From positions 33,615 through 97,614 of the forward strand of contig LBPF01000006.1 in assembly GCA_000990005.1 (NCBI GenBank): a DNA stretch of 64,000 nt. Direction: 5' to 3'. The position numbers and the translations under genes were made by a program. The DNA comes from Candidatus Woesebacteria bacterium GW2011_GWB1_33_38 (lineage in GTDB: Bacteria > Patescibacteriota > Microgenomatia > UBA8517). How positions within the stretch are numbered: position 1 is the first letter of the stretch; every line of letters starts with the position of its first letter. The notes beneath the pieces are model-generated. The model did not search any database and was not told the DNA's origin. It was given only the letters and a program-made list of their open reading frames with translations. This document shows, in pieces, positions 18,330-27,942 of this stretch.

Positions 18330-18778
18330 AAATAAATGCGGAGTTAATAAAAAAGTTAAGAGAAGAGACAGGGGCTGGAGTTATGAGGGTTAAACAAGTC
18401 TTGGAACAGACAAATGGGAAAAAGCCAGAGGCTCTTGAGATACTCAAAAAAGAGGGTTTTGAAAAAGTAGCTAAGAGATCGGAAAGAGAGACAAAACAAG
18501 GTAAAATATTTACTTACGCACATCATACTGGAAAAGTTGGAGTATTGGTTGAATTATTTGCTGAAACTGATTTTGTAGCTAGAAATGAACTTTTTGAAAG
18601 TTTGGGTAAAGATATTGCACTTCAGGTTGCTTCGATGGGTGAAAAAGATATTGAAAAACAAGAATTCATTAAAGATCCAAGTAAAACAATCTTAGATTTA
18701 ATTAAAGAGGTTATTGCAAAAACTGGTGAAAATATTAAACTTGGTAGAGTAGTTCGAATAGAACTGGGCAAAGAATGA
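18326..18778 (+). CDS. tsf: Elongation factor Ts (short form)
   Basis: LREETGAGVM…, TDFVARNELF. Confidence 0.85.
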   Translation: MKINAELIKKLREETGAGVMRVKQVLEQTNGKKPEALEILKKEGFEKVAKRSERETKQGKIFTYAHHTGKVGVLVELFAETDFVARNELFESLGKDIALQVASMGEKDIEKQEFIKDPSKTILDLIKEVIAKTGENIKLGRVVRIELGKE

Positions 18779-19329
18779 TAGATCCTTCAATAACTCAAAA
18801 ATTTCAAAAAGTTGTAGATCTTGTGGCCGTTGATATTTCAGGAATTAGAACGGGAAGAGCAACTTCAGCAATGGTTGAAAATATTGTTTGCCCCGCTTAC
18901 GGTGGCACACAATTTTTAAAAGTGATGGAATTGGCTTCTATTACTGTAAGTGATCCTACTCAAATTGTAATTTCACCTTGGGATAAATCAATAATTGGAG
19001 ATATTAGAAAAGGACTTTTAGAAGCAAACATGGGTTTTAACCCTTCAATTGATGGGGAAGTAATTAGAATTTCAATTCCTCCAATGACGACAGAGGATAG
19101 AGAAAAATATGTCAAGCTCCTCTCTTCTAAACTTGAAAACGGTAAGGTAATGATGAGGCAGGTTAGAGCTGATGAAATGCACGAAATAAAGAAGAAGTTT
19201 GAAGGAAAAGAAATAACTGAAGATGAAAAATTTGCAGATGAAAAATCCTTGCAAGATTTAACCGATTCTCATATTACAAAAATTGAAAGTTTAGGAGAAA
19301 CCAAAAAAGCAGATTTACTTCAAATATGA
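18775..19329 (+). CDS. frr: Ribosome recycling factor
   Basis: 184 aa RRF pattern (…VDISGIRTGRA…PPMTTEDRE…). Confidence 0.85.
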   Translation: MIDPSITQKFQKVVDLVAVDISGIRTGRATSAMVENIVCPAYGGTQFLKVMELASITVSDPTQIVISPWDKSIIGDIRKGLLEANMGFNPSIDGEVIRISIPPMTTEDREKYVKLLSSKLENGKVMMRQVRADEMHEIKKKFEGKEITEDEKFADEKSLQDLTDSHITKIESLGETKKADLLQI

Positions 19330-20441
19330 TTTGGTCAATTTTGATTTTCTTTTTGGTTTTATCTATTTTAGTCATTGTTCACGAGTTTGGTCATTACATT
19401 GTAGCCAAGAAAAATGGAATTTTGGTTGAAGAGTTTGGATTTGGCTTGCCACCTAGAATCTTTGGTAAAAAAATAGGTGAGACACTTTGGTCTATAAACC
19501 TTTTACCTTTTGGTGGTTTTGTGAAACTTCATGGTGAATTAACTGATCCGCCCGAGGCGGACAAGTCTTTAAATAAACGGGCCTTTCTTTATAAATCAAA
19601 AAAGATAAAAATTGCCGTTATTGTTGCAGGAGTTGTCATGAATATTATTTTAGCAATTGTTGCTTTTGCTATTGTCTATTCTCATTATGGTATTCCAAAA
19701 GAACAGGGATTTGTTGAAGTTGTTGGGGTACTACCTGATTCACCAGCATCTATTTCCAAAATAGTAGTTGGGGAGAGAATATATGCAATCAATGGTAAAG
19801 AGGTTTCTAAAAAAGCTGAAGTGACAGACATTTCAAGTAAAGGAGGGAAGCATATTCTATTAGTTGGCACTAAAGATTCAGATTCCAAAGACTTACGAAA
19901 AGTTACAATAAACACAGAATTCAGTGAAGAAGACAAAAGATGGTATATGGGTTTTCTTCTAAGTTCAGAAAGTGTTTATTTTCCACCAGTCTGGCAAAGA
20001 CCGTTTTACGGTGTTTATTATGGAGTTAAAAATTCATTTCTAATTACAAAAGGGATCGTTACAAGTTTGGCTGGTATTTTTGTAAAAGAAACAAGAACTG
20101 AACTTGTTCAAGGGACCACGGGACCTGTTGGACTTTTAGCACTTGTTGATAATATTAGAAAACAGGGAATTTATCCATTAATTGATTTCATGGGTTTAAT
20201 ATCTATAAATTTGGCAGTTATAAATATTTTACCTTTCCCAGCACTTGATGGGGGAAGACTTCTTTTTGTGTTAATAGAAAAAGTAATAGGTAAAAAAGTA
20301 ATTCCCAAAGTGGAGGCCGCTATTCATTCTGTTGGTATGATAATACTTTTGGGATTAATTCTGGCAATAACCATCAAAGATATAAGAGGTCTAATCTCCG
20401 CTGGCTCCATTTCAGGCTTTCTTGAGAACATGATGAAGTGA
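19326..20441 (+). CDS. rseP: RIP zinc metalloprotease RseP
   Basis: HEFGHY in TM1, a PDZ segment and a C-terminal LDGG motif. Confidence 0.8.
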   Translation: MIWSILIFFLVLSILVIVHEFGHYIVAKKNGILVEEFGFGLPPRIFGKKIGETLWSINLLPFGGFVKLHGELTDPPEADKSLNKRAFLYKSKKIKIAVIVAGVVMNIILAIVAFAIVYSHYGIPKEQGFVEVVGVLPDSPASISKIVVGERIYAINGKEVSKKAEVTDISSKGGKHILLVGTKDSDSKDLRKVTINTEFSEEDKRWYMGFLLSSESVYFPPVWQRPFYGVYYGVKNSFLITKGIVTSLAGIFVKETRTELVQGTTGPVGLLALVDNIRKQGIYPLIDFMGLISINLAVINILPFPALDGGRLLFVLIEKVIGKKVIPKVEAAIHSVGMIILLGLILAITIKDIRGLISAGSISGFLENMMK

Positions 20442-20455
20442 TACAATAACTGCAT

Positions 20456-21676
20456 ATGAAGTTGACTGATAGTTTTGTAACAACATTAAGAGATGCGCCA
20501 AAGGATGCATTAACAATTAATCATCAGCTTTTGGTTAGAGCAGGGTTCGTTAGGCAACTAATGGCTGGGGTTTATACATATCTTCCATTGGGTTTAAAAG
20601 TTCTAAATAAAATTAGTCAAATTGTTAGAGAAGAAATGAATGAAATTGGTTCAACTGAGGTTTTGATGCCGATTCTCCATCCTGCAATAAATTGGAAAAT
20701 AACAGGTGGATGGGATAAGATTGATGTTTTGTTTAAAGTGAAATCAAGAACAAAAAGAGATTACGCATTGGCTCAAAGTAATGAAGAAACAGTAACCCCA
20801 TTAACTTCCGAGTTCATCCACACTTACAAAGATTTACCTTTGTCTATCTATCATATTAATTGGAAATTTAGGGATGAGTTAAGGAGTAAATCAGGAATTC
20901 TAAGGGGTCGTGAGTTTTTAATGAAAGACCTTTACTCTTTTCATATTGATCAGGAAGATTTTGACAAATATTATCAAACTGCCAAGAAAGCATACTTGAG
21001 AGTTTTTGAAAGATTAGGGTTGGTTGCCAAAGTTACAGAAGCTTCAGGTGGAGGATTTAGTGAAAAAGTTTCATATGAATTTGAAGTTTTGACTTCGGCT
21101 GGTGAAGCAAATATCTTGTACTGCAACAATTGCGAATATTGTGTAAATATTGATGACATTAAAAAATATAATGAAGGGGATAATTGTCCACTTTGCAAAA
21201 AAGCGAAATTAAAAGCATCACTTGCTTCTGAAGTTGGTAATGTTTTTGATTTAGGTCAAAAATATACCAAGGCATTTGGATTAACAGCCGTAAACGAGAA
21301 AGGAACAAAAGTCTATCCTATCATGGGTTGTTATGGAATTGGAATTTCTAGAACCATGGGAGTTATTGTTGAAAAGTTCCACGATGATAAAGGTATAATT
21401 TGGCCAAGGGAAGTAGCACCTTTTGACGTTCATTTGGTAGGACTTAATGGAAAGGGTGAAGATTTATACAAGAAACTTAAAGAAAATCATATTGACGTTT
21501 TGTTTGATGACAGAGATCTTCCTGCGGGACAGAAGTTTAATGACGCTGATCTTATAGGAATTCCTGTAAGACTTGTAGTTTCAGAGAAAACCTGTGAGAA
21601 AATTGAGTTTAAAGAACGAACTTCAGATAAAACAGAATTGTTAAGTTTTGATGAAATAATTAAGAAATTAAAGTAA
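20456..21676 (+). CDS. proS: Proline--tRNA ligase (short form without editing insertion)
   Basis: Class II aaRS motifs; N-terminus and length (406 aa) match compact ProRS. Confidence 0.8.
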   Translation: MKLTDSFVTTLRDAPKDALTINHQLLVRAGFVRQLMAGVYTYLPLGLKVLNKISQIVREEMNEIGSTEVLMPILHPAINWKITGGWDKIDVLFKVKSRTKRDYALAQSNEETVTPLTSEFIHTYKDLPLSIYHINWKFRDELRSKSGILRGREFLMKDLYSFHIDQEDFDKYYQTAKKAYLRVFERLGLVAKVTEASGGGFSEKVSYEFEVLTSAGEANILYCNNCEYCVNIDDIKKYNEGDNCPLCKKAKLKASLASEVGNVFDLGQKYTKAFGLTAVNEKGTKVYPIMGCYGIGISRTMGVIVEKFHDDKGIIWPREVAPFDVHLVGLNGKGEDLYKKLKENHIDVLFDDRDLPAGQKFNDADLIGIPVRLVVSEKTCEKIEFKERTSDKTELLSFDEIIKKLK

Positions 21677-21692
21677 AGTTGTGGAAAAGAAT

Positions 21693-21902
21693 TTAATTTT
21701 CGTCATCTTTTGCTCCGAGATTTTTAGCAATATTTTTAAATAATGTTGAATTTGCTAATTTATCAACTTGTGGCCCTAGTGCTTGTTGAAATATATCTGG
21801 TTCGCCCTCAGACGCTTTAATTAAATGTTGGGGTAATTTATACCAATCAATTGCTCCCCCCCCTAAATCTTTTAGCTTTCTAACAAGCTCACCAAATTCC
21901 AT
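21693..21902 (-). CDS. Hypothetical small protein (69 aa)
   Basis: The listed 132-aa ORF is trimmed to M64 (MEFGELVRKL…) because its upstream part overlaps the HIT gene on the opposite strand. Confidence 0.35.
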   Translation of the reverse strand: MEFGELVRKLKDLGGGAIDWYKLPQHLIKASEGEPDIFQQALGPQVDKLANSTLFKNIAKNLGAKDDEN

Positions 21903-21960
21903 ATTATGGGATATTTTATCCCTCTTGTTCTCAAAAGTCAAAAAAACTATACTTAAGTCT

Positions 21961-22266
21961 ATGGATGATTGTATTTTTTGTAAGATTGTAAAAAGGGAAA
22001 TTAAAGCTGAGATTAAAAAAGAAACTGATAATTTTATTGTAATTCCAGATATCAAGCCGTCCGCAAAAACGCATTTATTAATTATTACCAAAAATCACGT
22101 GTCGGATTTAAAATTCGCTGAAGATAATTTGTTGGTTGAAGCAAAAAACCTTGCTTTGGACTTACAAAATGAATTAAGTTTAGATGAATTCCAGTTTAGA
22201 GTAAACTGGGGTAAACTTTTGGAAGTTAACCATTTGCATTTTCATTTTATGGCTAATTTTAATTAA
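21961..22266 (+). CDS. HIT-family hydrolase
   Basis: CIFCKI N-terminus and the histidine triad HLHFHFM; the start is taken at MDDCIFCKI. Confidence 0.8.
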   Translation: MDDCIFCKIVKREIKAEIKKETDNFIVIPDIKPSAKTHLLIITKNHVSDLKFAEDNLLVEAKNLALDLQNELSLDEFQFRVNWGKLLEVNHLHFHFMANFN

Positions 22267-22267
22267 T

Positions 22268-22705
22268 ATGATTTCGCAAAATATTACTAAATTAATAGGG
22301 GAGGCTATGAAAGCTCATGATGGTGTTCGACTTTCTACACTCCGTATGCTTTCTTCAGAATTTAACTATGAAAAGATAAGATTACAGAAGGAATTAGAAG
22401 AAAGTGATGAAGAAAAAGTAATTAGGAAAGAGGTCAGAAAAAGAAAAGATGCAATAGAGGCTTTTGCGAAAGCTGGTGCAGTAGATCGAGTTGAATTAGA
22501 AACCAAAGAGCTTAACATATTGCAAGAATTCCTCCCACCTGGTGTTTCTCCCGAAGAGGTCATTAAACTGATTGAAGATTCAATTAAAGAAATTGATGCA
22601 AAATCAATTGCAGATATGGGTAAGGTAATAGCTTTAGTTAAATCTAAATCCTCAGGCGTTGATGGAGCTACAGTAGCTCAAATTGTTAGAGAGAAGTTAG
22701 GTTAA
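22268..22705 (+). CDS. GatB/YqeY-domain protein
   Basis: Matches the YqeY family over its full length. Confidence 0.75.
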   Translation: MISQNITKLIGEAMKAHDGVRLSTLRMLSSEFNYEKIRLQKELEESDEEKVIRKEVRKRKDAIEAFAKAGAVDRVELETKELNILQEFLPPGVSPEEVIKLIEDSIKEIDAKSIADMGKVIALVKSKSSGVDGATVAQIVREKLG

Positions 22706-22706
22706 T

Positions 22707-23114
22707 ATGATTAAGATTAACGTGTCCAAACAAACAAATTATCCAATAAGTACAGTAAATTTAAAAAACTTTTTACAAAAGTTTTTTTTAGAAAAGGGCA
22801 TAGTGTCTGACGCTGAAGTTTTTGTTTCATTTGTAAACGAGGCAAAAATGAAGGACATCGGGAAGAAATATTATAGGCGAAGCTTGGCTAGCTCCGCTGG
22901 TAAAAATGACTTAAGAATTCACAATGTATTTTCTTTTGTTGATTCGGAATCAATGAAGTTTCCTGGTGATAAAATTAATTTGGGTGAAATTGTTGTTTGC
23001 TTTCCAATTGTTGTTAAAGAGGCAAACACTGAAGGGAAGTTAATTGAAGAAAAAGTATTGGAACTTATTGAACACTCCGCATTGCATTTATTGGGAATTC
23101 ATCACGAAGAATGA
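22707..23114 (+). CDS. ybeY: Endoribonuclease YbeY
   Basis: HSALHLLGIHHEE zinc-binding motif. Confidence 0.8.
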   Translation: MIKINVSKQTNYPISTVNLKNFLQKFFLEKGIVSDAEVFVSFVNEAKMKDIGKKYYRRSLASSAGKNDLRIHNVFSFVDSESMKFPGDKINLGEIVVCFPIVVKEANTEGKLIEEKVLELIEHSALHLLGIHHEE

Positions 23115-24076
23115 CATACTATTTAAAATATCGACCACAAACTATTGAAGAACTTGATATGCAATCTGTCAGAGAATCTTTAACTAATATTGTTAAATCA
23201 GGTAATATCCCTCACGCATTTTTATTTGCAGGTCCCAAGGGAACTGGAAAAACTTCAGTGGCAAGAATTCTTGCAAAAATAATTAATTGTGAGTCCAAAA
23301 ACCCCCCGTGCAATAAATGTGAACAGTGCTTGTCTATAACAAATGGAAATAATATTGACATTATTGAAATGGACGCTGCTAGTAATCGTGGAATTGATGA
23401 TATTAGGGCACTAAAAGATACAATTCGTCTTACCCCATCTAAAGCTAAAGCCAAAATCTATATTTTAGACGAGGCCCATATGTTAACTATAGAAGCTAGC
23501 AACGCCCTTTTAAAGACCCTAGAAGAGCCGCCAAGCCATGTTTATTTTATTCTAGCTACTACTAACCCAGAAAAGCTAATTGAGACTGTAAAAAGTAGAA
23601 CAGTACTTATTAGTTTTACAAAGGCAACACCCGAGGAAACTAAAAGATCACTAGCTAGAATAATTAAGAAAGAAGAATTAAAAATTAAAAACGAGGAGTT
23701 GAATGAGATTATAAAAATGTCAAAAGGTTCATTTAGGGATGCAGTTAAACTCTTAGAGCAGTTTTCTAAAGATAGTAATTTTCTAAAAAGTATTAAGTTG
23801 TTTGACGTTCAGGATTTTTTAGAAGTGTTACTTGCCAAAAATCTTAAGGAAGCAATTATAAAAATAGAAAATGCTCTAAGAAGTGGTTGTACTATTGTTA
23901 ACACTACTGAAGAAATTTTAGAAAAACTACAATCAAAACTTATTGAAACAGAGGATAGGAATTTAGTTACTTTAATAGAATATATTTTAGAAGCTCAAGA
24001 ATTTAATAAAGTTACACCTATTGAAGAATTGCCACTTGAAGTGGCAATAGTTAAGTGGTGTAAACTAGATAAATAA
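23111..24076 (+). CDS. dnaX: DNA polymerase III subunit gamma/tau (domains I-III only)
   Basis: AAA+ P-loop GPKGTGKTS, zinc module CNKCEQC, SRT sensor motif. Confidence 0.85.
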   Translation: MTYYLKYRPQTIEELDMQSVRESLTNIVKSGNIPHAFLFAGPKGTGKTSVARILAKIINCESKNPPCNKCEQCLSITNGNNIDIIEMDAASNRGIDDIRALKDTIRLTPSKAKAKIYILDEAHMLTIEASNALLKTLEEPPSHVYFILATTNPEKLIETVKSRTVLISFTKATPEETKRSLARIIKKEELKIKNEELNEIIKMSKGSFRDAVKLLEQFSKDSNFLKSIKLFDVQDFLEVLLAKNLKEAIIKIENALRSGCTIVNTTEEILEKLQSKLIETEDRNLVTLIEYILEAQEFNKVTPIEELPLEVAIVKWCKLDK

Positions 24077-24387
24077 TGGACGAAGCTGTTTGGAGCAAAA
24101 TACTTAATAATATTAAGCCAGTTAGTCCATCAATTGAAGCCTTACTTCGCTCTTCACAACTCAAAAATTTAGATGGTAATAAATTAAAACTGGTTGTTTA
24201 CTATAAGTTTCATAAGGATAAATTAGAGGAAAATAAAAACAAAAAATTAATTGAGGATTCGATTTTAAGTATTCTTTCAAAACAAATAACACTTGAGATT
24301 GGATTAGTAGATGCTCCTGTAAAGTCCGAGTTGACTGGGGTAACAAATCAAAATATAATGACAGCAGCAGAAGAAATTTTTAGTTAA
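24076..24387 (+). CDS. Hypothetical protein, possibly a detached DnaX C-terminal-like domain
   Basis: Position between dnaX and ybaB only; no motif recognised. Confidence 0.4.
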   Translation: MDEAVWSKILNNIKPVSPSIEALLRSSQLKNLDGNKLKLVVYYKFHKDKLEENKNKKLIEDSILSILSKQITLEIGLVDAPVKSELTGVTNQNIMTAAEEIFS

Positions 24388-24389
24388 CT

Positions 24390-24677
24390 ATGTTTGACAA
24401 ATTTAAACAACTAGGCGAGTTTAATAAAATGCGACAACAAGCAAATGCCTTACAAAAAGAGCTTGAGAAAATTATTGAAACAATTGAGAAAAGAGGTTGG
24501 ACAGTTTCTGTAACTGGAGATCAAAAAGTTAGGTATATTAAGCGTGGTGAAGAAGATTTTGCCGAACTTGTTGAGCTAATAAATGAAGCCATGAAGAACG
24601 TTCAGAAAGAATCTGCTAAGAAAATGATGGAAATGGGCGGTGGACTCTCCGGACTTTTGGGTGGACTTGGAAAGTAG
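24390..24677 (+). CDS. ybaB: Nucleoid-associated protein YbaB/EbfC
   Basis: 95 aa, typical YbaB sequence and the dnaX-ybaB-recR context. Confidence 0.85.
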   Translation: MFDKFKQLGEFNKMRQQANALQKELEKIIETIEKRGWTVSVTGDQKVRYIKRGEEDFAELVELINEAMKNVQKESAKKMMEMGGGLSGLLGGLGK

Positions 24678-24683
24678 CTTTTT

Positions 24684-25298
24684 ATGAAGATCCCCAAGGC
24701 AATTTCTTCTCTAATAGAGTCTTTTGAAAAACTTCCTGGAATTGGACCAAAATCGGCACAGCGCTTAACTTATTATCTTTTACATGTCCCACAAAGAGAA
24801 CTTGATGACTTTGCTGAAAATCTTACAAACCTTAAAAAAAATACCATGCTTTGCTCAGTTTGTAAAAATGTGGGTGAAACCGATCCATGTAACATTTGTT
24901 CTGACACACTTCGTGACAAAGCGACTGTGTTGGTAGTTGAACAACCACTTGACTTAATTGCCTTCGAAAGAAGTGGTAAATATCATGGGCTTTATCATGT
25001 TTTGCATGGCGCTATTAACCCGCTTGATAATATTGGACCAGATGAAATCTATATTGCGGACTTGTTAAAACGTGTGACGGGTGACGAGTTACGAGTTATA
25101 ACAGAAATTATTATTGCAACCAACCCAACCATGGAAGGGGAGGCAACTGCAATGTATATGGCGAAAAAACTCAAAACTGAAAAAAATCAAAACTTAAAAA
25201 TAACCAGACTCGGGATGGGAATTCCAACTGGGGCTGACTTGGAGTATGCAGATGATGTAACATTAACTCAAGCCCTCGAAGGGCGAAGAGAATTATGA
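24684..25298 (+). CDS. recR: Recombination protein RecR
   Basis: HhH N-terminus, C4 zinc finger CSVCKN…CNIC, Toprim domain. Confidence 0.9.
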   Translation: MKIPKAISSLIESFEKLPGIGPKSAQRLTYYLLHVPQRELDDFAENLTNLKKNTMLCSVCKNVGETDPCNICSDTLRDKATVLVVEQPLDLIAFERSGKYHGLYHVLHGAINPLDNIGPDEIYIADLLKRVTGDELRVITEIIIATNPTMEGEATAMYMAKKLKTEKNQNLKITRLGMGIPTGADLEYADDVTLTQALEGRREL

Positions 25299-25822
25299 AT
25301 ACTGCTACTGCCCAAGTAAAACAAGCTATTAAGAAATCTGCAAAAACTTTTGCTGATGAGCCATTGGAACTTCTGAAATCTGCAAGAAAGCAAATAACGG
25401 GAGAGGAAATGAACTCAGGCCCTGAGATTCCTCAGAATGGTCAAAAGTCAGATCCTGATACGCATCAGGATTTACAAAAAGAAGAAGTTTATAAACAACA
25501 AAAAGCTGAGAGTGAAGGTAGAACTTTGCAAGCTCTTGAATCAGAACTTAAAGATATTAGACGACAAAAATTATTTAATGACTTAATGGCTAGAATCCAA
25601 AACGGTGAAAATATTCCCTTGGAGGAATTTAGTGAACTTTCATATGAACAAAAGGATGTCTTAAAAGCCCAAATTGAAGCTGTTCGCGCCCGTAACTCGC
25701 AACCCGTAACTGATCAATTAATTGAACCTGGTGCCAAAAAAGGCAGACAAATGTTTGGACAAAAACAGTCAGCCCAAAAACAAACTACCCGTGTCGAAAA
25801 ACCAGTACCCCCTAGTGGTTGA
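25295..25822 (+). CDS. Hypothetical charged low-complexity protein
   Basis: ORF only; Glu/Lys/Gln-rich. Confidence 0.4.
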   Translation: MNTATAQVKQAIKKSAKTFADEPLELLKSARKQITGEEMNSGPEIPQNGQKSDPDTHQDLQKEEVYKQQKAESEGRTLQALESELKDIRRQKLFNDLMARIQNGENIPLEEFSELSYEQKDVLKAQIEAVRARNSQPVTDQLIEPGAKKGRQMFGQKQSAQKQTTRVEKPVPPSG

Positions 25823-25853
25823 TTTTGGCACAAGTTTGATTTAGTATATAAAC

Positions 25854-25997
25854 ATGGAAATATTTTACGCAACAGTTTCAAGATCGGGAAGTATAATTAT
25901 TCCAGTTAAATTACGAAAAGAGTCAGGGATTGTTGGAAGTACGGTGGTCTCTTTAACTGTAGAAGGCAATTCAATCGTGTTGAGGATTGTAAAATAA
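25854..25997 (+). CDS. AbrB/SpoVT-family small protein (47 aa), not in ORF track
   Basis: MEIFYATVSRSGSIIIPVKLRKESGIVGSTVVSLTVEGNSIVLRIVK; replaces the listed antisense ORF 25865..26095. Confidence 0.5.
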   Translation: MEIFYATVSRSGSIIIPVKLRKESGIVGSTVVSLTVEGNSIVLRIVK

Positions 25998-26109
25998 ATA
26001 TATGAAATTAAATATAAAGTTTGTTTGTTGTAGCTTCCTTTTGTAGGGAGCTTTTTGCATTTTATTTTAAGCTCCCGACATCGAAAGATGTTCATAAGGG
26101 GGTTTTTTT

Positions 26110-26304
26110 ATGATTAAAAAATATTTTATATATAAGGCAAGGTATAAAGCTGTTGATGAAACAGGTATGATAATTTGGCTTAATATTGATTATTGGAATA
26201 ATAAGTTCGGCTTGAGTGTAAGTAATATTGATTTAGAGAATTTTGCTCGAAAACTGTTAAAGAAAAAACATAAAGTAAATTTGGTACATAAAATGCTACA
26301 ATAA
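26110..26304 (+). CDS. Hypothetical protein (64 aa)
   Basis: AAGGGGG ribosome-binding site 8 nt upstream of the ATG; no recognisable domain. Confidence 0.4.
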   Translation: MIKKYFIYKARYKAVDETGMIIWLNIDYWNNKFGLSVSNIDLENFARKLLKKKHKVNLVHKMLQ

Positions 26305-26308
26305 AAAT

Positions 26309-27556
26309 ATGGATTTATATTTATACAACTCGTTTAGTAGACAGAAAGAGTTGTTTACACCAATAAATCCCACATCGGGAGTGGGATTATATACTTGTGG
26401 ACCAACTGTCTATGATTATGCACACATTGGACATGGTCGAAAATTTTTGATGGATGATATTTTAAGAAGAACTTTGGAATTTAATGGTTACAAGGTTAAT
26501 CATGTTCAAAATATTACAGATGTAGGGCATTTAGTATCTGATGCTGATGATGGTGAGGATAAATTAGAAAAAGGTGCCAAGAAACAAAATAAAACTGTTT
26601 GGGAGGTTGCAGAGTATTTTACAAAAAGCTTTTATGAATCTATGGACGCACTTAATTTTCTACGCCCAACTACAATTTGTAAGGCCACCGACCATATCAA
26701 AGAACAGATAGAATTAATAGAGAAACTTTTTAAAAATAGTTATGCCTACGATACAGTTGAAGCGGTTTATTTTGATACTGCAAAATTTGCCGATTATGGA
26801 AAATTGTTTGGACAACCACTTTCTGAGAAGAAAGTGGGTGTTAGGAATGAAGTAAAAATTGATGCAAACAAGAAAAATCCACAGGATTTTGCACTATGGT
26901 TTAAGAGAGTCGGAAATTTTGCCGATCACGTAATGCATTGGGATAGCCCTTGGGGGGATGGTTTTCCAGGTTGGCATATAGAGTGTTCTGCAATGAGTAT
27001 GAAGTATTTAGGTGAGCAGATAGATATACATACTGGGGGGGAAGATCATTTGTCAATTCATCATCCTAATGAAATTGCCCAAAGTGAAGGTGCAACAGGT
27101 AAGAAGCCCTTTAGTAAATTTTGGATACATTCTGCGTTTTTAACTGTAGATGGCACTAAAATGAGTAAATCTTTGGGTAATTATTTCACGATTGAAGATA
27201 TTATTGCTAAAGGTTATAACCCAATTGCCTTAAGATATTTATATCTTGGGGCACATTACAAAAAGCCAATGAACTTTACTTGGCAAGCATTAGACGGCGC
27301 CTTAAAAGGCTTGAAGCGACTACAGCAAACAGTCAACAATCTACAAATTTCGGCCAGAACAATACTTTCAGAAGAAAAAAATCAAAAAATGGAAGATTAT
27401 AGAATTAAGTTTAATCTAGCAATTAACGACGATTTAAACACAAGTAAAGCTATGGCGGTAATGTTTGAAATGTTAAAATCAAATATTCCAAATCCTGATA
27501 AATATGATTTAGCAATTTTTTTTGATGAAGTTTTAGGGTTAAGACTTAAAGTTTAA
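26309..27556 (+). CDS. cysS: Cysteine--tRNA ligase
   Basis: HIGHGR and KMSKS motifs. Confidence 0.9.
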   Translation: MDLYLYNSFSRQKELFTPINPTSGVGLYTCGPTVYDYAHIGHGRKFLMDDILRRTLEFNGYKVNHVQNITDVGHLVSDADDGEDKLEKGAKKQNKTVWEVAEYFTKSFYESMDALNFLRPTTICKATDHIKEQIELIEKLFKNSYAYDTVEAVYFDTAKFADYGKLFGQPLSEKKVGVRNEVKIDANKKNPQDFALWFKRVGNFADHVMHWDSPWGDGFPGWHIECSAMSMKYLGEQIDIHTGGEDHLSIHHPNEIAQSEGATGKKPFSKFWIHSAFLTVDGTKMSKSLGNYFTIEDIIAKGYNPIALRYLYLGAHYKKPMNFTWQALDGALKGLKRLQQTVNNLQISARTILSEEKNQKMEDYRIKFNLAINDDLNTSKAMAVMFEMLKSNIPNPDKYDLAIFFDEVLGLRLKV

Positions 27557-27884
27557 TCTTTTTAATTAAAAACATTGACTCTTTTTTGGTTACCACTCCA
27601 ATATAATCAATTAAGGGATATGTTTTTCTAACCTCAGTCCAAAATTTTTCTGATAGGTTAGTTGAATAATTACCAAAACCCGCCTTTTCTGTTTGAGAGC
27701 AAAGTTTGTTTTCCCATTCCCTAATAATCTTAAGTATTTCTTTACCTTCAGCGTTGTATTTTTCTTGAAGACCATCTTGGTTTTTAATGTATTCGTTATA
27801 CAACTTATTAAATTCATCAAACTTATACTTATCAGTTGATATCATCCTGTCAAAGTAGTCTTTATATTTTGTAGCCATACCCAT
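27546..27884 (-). CDS. Hypothetical protein
   Basis: ORF only. Confidence 0.4.
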   Translation of the reverse strand: MGMATKYKDYFDRMISTDKYKFDEFNKLYNEYIKNQDGLQEKYNAEGKEILKIIREWENKLCSQTEKAGFGNYSTNLSEKFWTEVRKTYPLIDYIGVVTKKESMFLIKKIKL

Positions 27885-27942
27885 ATCATTTAATAGATTT
27901 AGACACTTGATTTCAAGACCTAAAATATGACATTATTAATCT

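Noticed and set aside
25865-26095. Listed 76-aa minus-strand ORF
   Set aside because: It is antisense to a much better AbrB/SpoVT-family 47-aa gene on the plus strand and to the structured leader.
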